NCBI RefSeq assembly: GCF_000253055.1
Contig: NC_016070.1
Coordinates: 450,001 to 482,000 of the forward strand
Length of the DNA: 32,000 nt
From: Thermoproteus tenax Kra 1
GTDB taxonomy: Archaea > Thermoproteota > Thermoprotei > Thermoproteales > Thermoproteaceae
Direction of reading: 5' to 3'
Part shown: in pieces, positions 7,136 through 13,229 of the stretch
Numbering within the stretch: the stretch's first letter is position 1
Layout: each line of letters begins with the position of its first letter
Program-made: the position numbers and the translations under genes
Notes under the pieces: generated by a model
What the model was told of the DNA's origin: nothing
Databases searched by the model: none
The model's input: the letters and a program-made list of their open reading frames with translations, nothing else

Positions 7136-7313
7136 TGTTGCGGAGTCTAGCGCCCCCTTAGCGGCGCCCGGCCCTCTCCGGGGGCTCCGAGCCCGCCCCG
7201 GAGTCGCGCGAGGCAACCCCAGGGCGAGGGGGGCCGGCCGTGCCCCGGCGCACGGGCGCGGCTAATCGGCCGCGTCCCTAGAGCCGGGGATGCGGCTCAT
7301 AGTTGAAGGAGAT
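7136..7313. ncRNA. Candidate structured RNA; strand and identity unresolved (TnpB omega-RNA/right-end relic on the minus strand, or a minimal RNase P-like RNA on the plus strand)
   Basis: No ORF of 60 aa or more, and GC content far above the flanking genes. Hand-paired stems are 7176-7183/7196-7203, 7212-7220/7228-7235, 7238-7243/7250-7255 and 7254-7262/7269-7277. These are enclosed by 7167-7172/7283-7288. Details are in the findings. Confidence 0.55.
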
Positions 7314-7949
7314 TTACGAGGTTAAAAGTGTGATGGCCACCAACGAGGAAAAAGCGGGTTGTTTCCGGAGGATCTCCCAGTACCTCCTCTTTGCCCACAA
7401 CAACGGTATGTTGTCTCTGTGGTCTGAGAAGCCGCAGGCGGGACAACGCATTATGCGCTTCTCCTCCTCCATCTTAGCTCCACAACGGGGGCAGATGGCC
7501 GAATACAACCGTACCTCTCTGTATTGTAGCCCATACCACTTGGCGAGCTTCTTCAACCCCTTCCTCAGCTGTCCGAGGCCGTCGTAGAGGTGCTTCTTCA
7601 CGCCGCCTTCGCCGCTCTGCTTCCTCGCAATATACGTCTTGCCATCCATCACGTCTATCACAATGGCGGCGTTGTTCTGTCCGGCGAGCTCGATTATCTC
7701 CTCTGCGACCCGCGCTACGACGTCGCGGATCCTCCTAAACCGCCTGGACTTAAGGCGACGGGCTCTCTCCTCAAGGAGCATCCTTCTGGCGGGATCCGCC
7801 TCCCTTGCGGCCCGCCTTTCAAGGTCGCTTATCCTCTCGTGGAGCCTCCTCACAGAGGGAAAAACGGTTTTTCCCTCCGCCTCTTCCTCCGTATGGACAG
7901 AGGCGCGCTCCCTCCGCCGGCGCTCCTCCTCTCCTACTTGGACGAGCAC
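7314..7949 (-). CDS. TnpB/OrfB-like (IS200/IS605 family) C-terminal fragment: helical linker, RuvC-II/III remnants and zinc ribbon. It is either a 5'-truncated relic or a mini-TnpB
   Basis: RRFRRIRDVVARVAEEIIELAGQNNAAIVIDVMDG...LKKLAKWYGLQYREVRLYSAICPRCG...RCPACGFSDHRDNIP matches the TnpB C-terminal layout. The N-terminal WED/REC lobes and the RuvC-I segment are absent. The GTG start lies 20 nt after the nac stop. Confidence 0.7.
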   Translation of the reverse strand: MLVQVGEEERRRRERASVHTEEEAEGKTVFPSVRRLHERISDLERRAAREADPARRMLLEERARRLKSRRFRRIRDVVARVAEEIIELAGQNNAAIVIDVMDGKTYIARKQSGEGGVKKHLYDGLGQLRKGLKKLAKWYGLQYREVRLYSAICPRCGAKMEEEKRIMRCPACGFSDHRDNIPLLWAKRRYWEILRKQPAFSSLVAITLLTS

Positions 7950-7968
7950 ACGAAGGCGCTCGTTATGG

Positions 7969-8358
7969 CTAAGTTGAAGTAGCTTGCTTCTTTTTGTTCA
8001 TCAACGCCATAACTGCCTGCACCAGATCGCCCTTCGCTTCCACAAGCGCGCGCTCTGCCTCCTCCCTAGTGGCGCCAGTCTGCTCCATGACCAAGGCTAT
8101 GTCTTCATCGCTCGGGGCATATTGGCTCTGTTGCGTCTGCGGCTGTCTCTTCTGGAGCCTCACGGAGGCCTCTTGAGTTTGAACTTGATATATGAGGGTC
8201 TTGTTGGGCATCTTTATCAAAGCGACCGCCGGCGCCTCTATTCTGAGCACGTCGCCGCTCTTGAGCCCTATCTCCACATAGGCGGCATCCACCTCCTCCA
8301 TCTTTATGCCCATCCTCTTGAGGTATCTCTCTATCTCCCTAGGATTTAGGGAGAACAT
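7969..8358 (-). CDS. nac: Nascent polypeptide-associated complex protein (archaeal NAC)
   Basis: 129 aa. The NAC domain reads MGIKMEEVDAAYVEIGLKSGDVLRIEAPAV, and the C-terminal UBA-like helix bundle reads EDIALVMEQTGATREEAERALVEAKGDLVQAV. Its ATG shares one base with the alaS TGA. Confidence 0.9.
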   Translation of the reverse strand: MFSLNPREIERYLKRMGIKMEEVDAAYVEIGLKSGDVLRIEAPAVALIKMPNKTLIYQVQTQEASVRLQKRQPQTQQSQYAPSDEDIALVMEQTGATREEAERALVEAKGDLVQAVMALMNKKKQATST

Positions 8359-11039
8359 CAGCTCAATGCCTCGCGGAGAGCTTTTAATATATCCGCAGCC
8401 GTGCCCTCGAAGACGCCGCCCGCGTAGGTCTTGGAGCCGCCTCCTCTGAAGCCGCGTTTGCGCAACTCGGCGGCGATCGGGCCCAGGTCCACTTGGGAGC
8501 CGCTGTACAGCTCCAGCTTCCTCCCGGAGCGCACGGCCAATATGAGCCTCGGGTTCTGTTCAGTGGCGATAGCCGCTATGGATCTGGCCAGATCGGCGTC
8601 GTCAAGCTCCAACACAGCCAGATCGGCCTTCGGCAGACTCTCTGCCTTCAACGACTTTGCCTGGAGCGTGGCGTATTCGGCCAAAAGCCTCTTGTACTTC
8701 CTCTCTATCTCCGCCCATTTCTCCAGGGCCTTGCCCAGCTGTTGCGCTACGTCGTCTCTGCCGACTCCGAGCGCCTTGGCCGTCGAGGCTAAGTCGCCCT
8801 CGATCCTCTGCACGTACTCCACAGCGTGTCTGCCCGTCGTGAAGATGAACCTCACTACGCCGTCGGCTATACGCTCCACACGCACTATCTTTATGAGGCC
8901 TATCTGGCCTGTGCTCGACAGATGGGTGCCCCCGCACGCCTGTACGTCGTACGGGTCGTCCTCAGGGCCTATCCTCAAGATCCTTATCTCTCTGGCGGGG
9001 ACCACGCCGCCTTGATAGATTATGAAGCCGAACTTTGATTCAGCCTCGTTCCTGGGCATCACGATGGGCCTCACGGGGAGATCCCTCATGACTATCTCGT
9101 TGGCCAACCGCTCTATCTTGGCCACCTCCTCCTCGGTGGGCATCTTGTAGTGTGTGACGTCCAACCTACTGAAGGGTATGTCCTTCTGGGCGCCGGCCTG
9201 CCATATGTGGGGGCCCAACACCCTCCTTATGCTCTGTATAAGCACGTGAGTGCCGGTGTGCATCCTCATCAGCGAGATTCGGCGGTCCCAGTCTATCTCG
9301 CCGTAGACCTCCTCTCCCTCCTTGGGAGGAGGTCCCTCTATCACGTGCACTATAACGCCGCCGAGCCTCTGGACGTCGACGACCTTCGCCTCTCCGCCGC
9401 TGTGCTTTATGACTCCTCTGTCCGCGGGCTGGCCGCCTCCCTCTGGATAAAAGACCGTCGCATCTAGGACTACGTATTTGCCGTCTATGACCCTCAAGAC
9501 CTTAGAGGTTGCAGACCTCCTGTACGGATCCTCGTAGAAGAGCTCGCGCGTCTTGGGCAGATCGGCCACCTTGGACAACCCGAGGGGCAGTTTGCCCGCC
9601 GCTTCCTGCTCCGCCCTCCTCGCCTGATGCCTGGCCGCCAGGCGGGAGTAGAAATCGTCGGGAACCTCGGCCTCTGCGCCTAACTTTCTGGCAACCTCCT
9701 GGGCCACCTCTGGCGGTATCCCGTAGCTGTCGTAGAGTTCCACCAGCTGTTCCGCCTTGAGGGACTTGCCGCCGGCCTTCTCCAGAGCCCTTCGGACCGC
9801 GGCGGGCGCCGACTTTATGACGTCCTTGTACTTCTTCTCCTCGAGGTCTATAAGCTCCAGAATTATATCGCGCGACTGCCAGACCTCGGGGTAGTCGTCC
9901 CTCAAGAAGCCCAGATGTAGGTCGAAGAGGTCCACCAGCGATGTCTCAATGCCGGCTATCCACAGGCTCTTGAGGGCTCTTCTGATGAGGAGCCTCGCGA
10001 GATATCCAGCGCCGGTGTTAGACGGTATAACTCCATCCGCTATCATCCAAGAGACCGTTCTGCTGTGATCCGCCAACACGTACAACGCCTCCTGTGGCCT
10101 CATGATCTCGCGGAACTCTCGGGGGTCTATGCCTATTTTCTCGGCCACAAGGTCGTAGGCTTTGGCGAGGCCGATCACCTCGGGGTCCATCTGGCCGAAG
10201 TACACAGAGGCCTTGCCCAATATGTGGGCCGGGGGCTCGGGCACGCCCAACTTCTTGCGGGCCGCCGAGAGGAACGGGCCGAAGACTGCGTCGTATACAG
10301 TGGGGGAGCCCTTGGCCATCCAGTATATCCTTTCCAGGCCGTAGCCTGTGTCCACGATCTTCAGAGGGAGCTCCACGTATTTCCCGTCCTTTACTTCGTA
10401 GTGCATAAACACCAGAGTGGCCACCTCGAGGCCTCTCACCAACACCTCGAAGCTCTCGCCGGCGTTTCCGCCGCCCTCCCACACAGACTCTTTGAAGGTT
10501 ATCTCGTCCTCGGGAATGCCCAGCTCCTTCGTGAAGAACTCGTAGGCGTACTCCGTGGTCTCGCTTATCCAGTATATATGCTTATCTGGATAGTTGAAAG
10601 CGTGGTGGGCCATCATCTCGAAGCCCGTGAGGTGTCTGCCGCTCCGCCCCACTTTGTCCACATCGGTGAGCCTAATCGACGGCTGAGATATTGTCAATGG
10701 GTTGGCCGGCGGAGGCACGGCGCCGCTCGTGACCCATGGTTGAAAGTCGTAGATAGACGCGCCCACAAGGAAGACGTCCTCGCGCCATCTGGCCACCACG
10801 GGGTACCTCTTGATCCTCGCGTGGCCCCTCTTCTCGAAGAAGGACAGAAACCTCTCCCTCAGATCTCTGATGCTTTCAACAGGCACTCTGACCGGCGAAT
10901 TGCCGATAAAGCCGTATGGAACGCACGGCTGATCGCCGCAGTAGACTTGGTCTTGCCGCAGAGTCCAGAAGTACGATTTGCACATAGGGCACTGTTTCCT
11001 GTGGAAGCCCGCCGTCTCGAATAATTTAGTCGAAAGCAC
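8358..11039 (-). CDS. alaS: Alanine--tRNA ligase (AlaRS)
   Basis: Homology starts at [22 protein letters not shown]. The editing-domain motifs MHTGTHVL and CGGTH are present. The longest ORF reaches 11219. I prefer the in-frame GTG at 11039 (893 aa), which has the TATA-like CTTAATAAATG (11064-11054) 15-25 nt upstream. Confidence 0.95.
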   Translation of the reverse strand: MLSTKLFETAGFHRKQCPMCKSYFWTLRQDQVYCGDQPCVPYGFIGNSPVRVPVESIRDLRERFLSFFEKRGHARIKRYPVVARWREDVFLVGASIYDFQPWVTSGAVPPPANPLTISQPSIRLTDVDKVGRSGRHLTGFEMMAHHAFNYPDKHIYWISETTEYAYEFFTKELGIPEDEITFKESVWEGGGNAGESFEVLVRGLEVATLVFMHYEVKDGKYVELPLKIVDTGYGLERIYWMAKGSPTVYDAVFGPFLSAARKKLGVPEPPAHILGKASVYFGQMDPEVIGLAKAYDLVAEKIGIDPREFREIMRPQEALYVLADHSRTVSWMIADGVIPSNTGAGYLARLLIRRALKSLWIAGIETSLVDLFDLHLGFLRDDYPEVWQSRDIILELIDLEEKKYKDVIKSAPAAVRRALEKAGGKSLKAEQLVELYDSYGIPPEVAQEVARKLGAEAEVPDDFYSRLAARHQARRAEQEAAGKLPLGLSKVADLPKTRELFYEDPYRRSATSKVLRVIDGKYVVLDATVFYPEGGGQPADRGVIKHSGGEAKVVDVQRLGGVIVHVIEGPPPKEGEEVYGEIDWDRRISLMRMHTGTHVLIQSIRRVLGPHIWQAGAQKDIPFSRLDVTHYKMPTEEEVAKIERLANEIVMRDLPVRPIVMPRNEAESKFGFIIYQGGVVPAREIRILRIGPEDDPYDVQACGGTHLSSTGQIGLIKIVRVERIADGVVRFIFTTGRHAVEYVQRIEGDLASTAKALGVGRDDVAQQLGKALEKWAEIERKYKRLLAEYATLQAKSLKAESLPKADLAVLELDDADLARSIAAIATEQNPRLILAVRSGRKLELYSGSQVDLGPIAAELRKRGFRGGGSKTYAGGVFEGTAADILKALREALS

Positions 11040-11084
11040 GTATACCAGTTCCCATTTATTAAGATACCTGCGCACGTTTTCTCT

Positions 11085-11145
11085 AGAGGTCAGTCCCGCT
11101 GAAGTTTGCTCATCGATCCTCTGAACCCCCTTCTCATCAGCCCGC
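11085..11145 (-). ncRNA. Box C/D sRNA-like element in the alaS upstream region (weak candidate)
   Basis: The minus strand reads GCGGG-CUGAUGA(C, 11139-11134)-GAAGGGGGUU-CAGA(D'-like)-GGA-UCGAUGA(C', 11116-11110)-16 nt-CUGA(D, 11093-11090). Box order is right, but the spacers (10 and 16 nt) deviate from the archaeal norm of about 12 nt. Confidence 0.3.
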
Positions 11146-11465
11146 TTCGCGTCGCAGGCCTCCCGGGAGAGGCCTCCGGCCGCCGGGGCGGCCCAGAGCG
11201 GATAGCGGCTTATTTCCATCAGTTTTAAGAGCTTAAAAGCTCTATGCGGAGTCCCCAGGGGCGGCGCGGCCGACGCTTCGCATGCAGTTTAATGGGGGTT
11301 TCCCAGTACTCCAACGGGCTATGGAGGCTCGACCTTCTGGCGTGCCCTCTTGTCGGCAGATGCCCTCCTCTAGGCCGTGGAGAGAGCTTATTAGCCCCGC
11401 CCTCGTTGTAGCGGACCGCCTCGCGGAGCTGAGTTTAATGCATCATTTCGCTGTAGCCAGGCGCC

Positions 11466-12440
11466 TTAGGGAGGGCTCGGCTGGGCTATATACGGCACCG
11501 ATGTGCAGGGGATGTCTAAGTTGGGGCAGGCGCCTATGGAGTAGAGCCTCTGAGGCTTCACAAGCTCCAAGAAGAGGCGCAGAGGCCGCTCTGGGTCTAA
11601 CAAGGGCGCCTTAGCCACGGCGCCTGCCGCATATCTATGCCCTCCTCCGCCCATTGCGACCGCCACCTTGGTGCAGTCGTAGCCCGAGCCCCTCTCTGCG
11701 CCGCAATAGAGTCTGTAGGTCCTTCTGCTGAGTCTCACTAGGATGTTCACATATATCGCGCCCTTTTTCTGGAGGGCTATGGCTAAGGATCTGTAGGATA
11801 TGGGGAGCTTGACCGGGCTGTATACGGCGAGGGAGCTCTCCGCCGGTATCAGCTCGGCCAGTTTGGCCACCAAGGAGCTCAGCTGGCGCCCTCGCTCCAC
11901 CAGAGGCCTCACGGCCGCATCCTTCAGACAGGCGAGCCCCCTTTCTGCCAGAGCTCTTATCAAAGCCAACTTTTCGTTGTATCTGGCGTAGCGGACTGCG
12001 GCGTCCAGATCCCTCACTGCATCGTCCCTTATATCCGCCGTGTCTGTCTGGCGGGCCGCCTCAGCTATCTGCTCCGCTATGGGGTCGCCTGATAGTCCCA
12101 AAGCCTTGAGCGCCAGAACTGCCGAAGCGGGCGCGTCGGGATCGTAATATTCCCTCTCGGCGCACGGCCTGTTGGTGGCGTGATGGTCGGCTCTGAGCTT
12201 GGCCTTGCCTGGACACGGCAGATCCGCCACGAAGTCCCACTTGAACCACTTGAGCCACCTCCCCCTCTGGACATCCGTCGGATAGGCCAACACGACCACC
12301 CCGTTGGGGAACCTTCTGAGGAAGAGCGCGGCGGAGCCTATGCCGTCTACGTCGTTGGCGTCACAGAGGGCGAGCGGGCTTCCCATGGCCTTTGCCTTAA
12401 GTGCGTCGAGAAACCTCACGGGACGGAGGCCGTGTTTCAT
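11466..12440 (-). CDS. DHH/DHHA1-family phosphoesterase (RecJ/NrnA-like)
   Basis: Motifs are DANDVDGIGSAAL (DxD..DG), LRADHHATN (DHH) and AMGGGGHRYAAGA (DHHA1 GGGH). The start may be GTG 12419 rather than ATG 12440, because the TATA block at 12441-12451 abuts ATG 12440. Confidence 0.8.
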   Translation of the reverse strand: MKHGLRPVRFLDALKAKAMGSPLALCDANDVDGIGSAALFLRRFPNGVVVLAYPTDVQRGRWLKWFKWDFVADLPCPGKAKLRADHHATNRPCAEREYYDPDAPASAVLALKALGLSGDPIAEQIAEAARQTDTADIRDDAVRDLDAAVRYARYNEKLALIRALAERGLACLKDAAVRPLVERGRQLSSLVAKLAELIPAESSLAVYSPVKLPISYRSLAIALQKKGAIYVNILVRLSRRTYRLYCGAERGSGYDCTKVAVAMGGGGHRYAAGAVAKAPLLDPERPLRLFLELVKPQRLYSIGACPNLDIPCTSVPYIAQPSPP

Positions 12441-12451
12441 TTAAAAATATC
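12441..12451. promoter_or_regulatory. Shared TATA element TTAAAAATATC for the divergent DHH gene and the RNase H-fold gene
   Basis: This is the only AT-rich block between the two genes. It lies about 27 nt from GTG 12419 (-) and about 20-35 nt from TTG 12465/12480 (+). Confidence 0.5.
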
Positions 12452-12464
12452 AATTGTTAGCTCG

Positions 12465-13019
12465 TTGGAGCTGGGCTTCTTGGGCCGGAGGAGGTGTTTC
12501 GAGGAGGTCAAGAGATACGTCTTCAGAATAGCCTACGGAAGGCGGGACCTCACCTTGATAGATGCAGCCGTTAGGGAGTCGGACGGAGTGTATATCGATT
12601 GCGCGGGGGATTTGGTGTCTCAACTCTTCTCGGCGTTGGCCAACGCTCTGCCGGGATCCTCGTTGGGCATAGACTTGGGCGAGTCCCGCAACGGAGTAGT
12701 TATGGTCTGGAGGGGGGAGCCCGTGTTGCACGCCGTGGTCTCCGCCCAGAAGCTGAGAGAGCTCCTGCTCCTCATCAACGGCGCAGCTGAGGTCTCGGTC
12801 GGCTATTCGCCCCACGCCGATCCCTCGGCCATATTGCCCGAGCTCAAGAGGCTCTGCGCGGCGGGCGCCAAAATAAGGCTCATCGACGAGATGGGCGCCT
12901 CTAGGGGCAGATTCTGGATGTGGAGGAAGTACCCCTTCTTGAGCGAAGACGAGGTGGACGCGCTTATATTCACGCTGGCCCCAGGTATTTCACTCGATAT
13001 ATGCGGCAAACCTTTTTAA
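12465..13019 (+). CDS. Putative RNase H-fold nuclease (RuvC/YqgF-like)
   Basis: The ORF-track ORF 12180..13019 overlaps the DHH gene, so only the part after 12441 is plausible. There is no in-frame ATG, so the start would be TTG 12465 or 12480. SSLGIDLGESRNGVVMVW resembles the GxDxGxxxxG first-strand motif of YqgF/RuvC. FLSEDEVDALIFTLA resembles the C-terminal acidic D..DA motif. Confidence 0.45.
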   Translation: MELGFLGRRRCFEEVKRYVFRIAYGRRDLTLIDAAVRESDGVYIDCAGDLVSQLFSALANALPGSSLGIDLGESRNGVVMVWRGEPVLHAVVSAQKLRELLLLINGAAEVSVGYSPHADPSAILPELKRLCAAGAKIRLIDEMGASRGRFWMWRKYPFLSEDEVDALIFTLAPGISLDICGKPF

Positions 13020-13048
13020 TTTAAGCGTTCTCTTAATAGGTGTACGTC

Positions 13049-13204
13049 GTGAGGTGCCTCAGCTGCGGCTTCGTGCTTTATCAGGGCGCCGAGCCCAAGA
13101 CGGTGGAGGCCGTTATCAAGATGTGGGGCGGGTATTGCCCCAAGTGCCTCTCCCCCCTTGAGAAAAGGCCTGTTAAAATCGGTCTGAAGCTCTTGGCAAA
13201 ATAA
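13049..13204 (+). CDS. Small zinc-ribbon protein (51 aa, CxxC...CxxC), not in the ORF track
   Basis: The sequence is GTG-MRCLSCGFVLYQGAEPKTVEAVIKMWGGYCPKCLSPLEKRPVKIGLKLLAK-TAA. The TATA-like TTTTTAATTTAAG (13014-13027) is about 25 nt upstream. The gene ends 25 nt before the aglB ATG. Confidence 0.45.
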   Translation: MRCLSCGFVLYQGAEPKTVEAVIKMWGGYCPKCLSPLEKRPVKIGLKLLAK

Positions 13205-13229
13205 TTTATAGAGGGTGCATTCCTTGGCC

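Noticed and set aside
7136-7313. SRP (7S) RNA or tRNA identity for the GC-rich element
   Set aside because: It has no helix-8-type GGAAGGGAGCA-like motif and no UGUAAC Alu motif. It is only about 170 nt long, against about 300 nt for archaeal SRP RNA. It has no T-loop GTTCRANYC, and no box C/D or ACA motifs.
11040-11219. N-terminal 60-codon extension of the alaS ORF (ATG 11219)
   Set aside because: The extension shows no AlaRS similarity. A TATA-spaced GTG at 11039 gives a typical-length enzyme. The ATG at 11219 is only about 12-16 nt from the nearest TATA-like box, so it would lie upstream of the predicted TSS.
11282-11614. 110-aa plus-strand ORF in the DHH-alaS spacer
   Set aside because: Its composition is low-complexity Arg/Ser/Pro/Ala, and it runs antisense into the DHH gene 3' end. 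I see no promoter spacing to support it.
12180-12464. Upstream 95 codons of ORF 12180..13019
   Set aside because: They are fully antisense to the well-supported DHH phosphoesterase gene, so the real gene can only begin after the shared TATA at 12441-12451.
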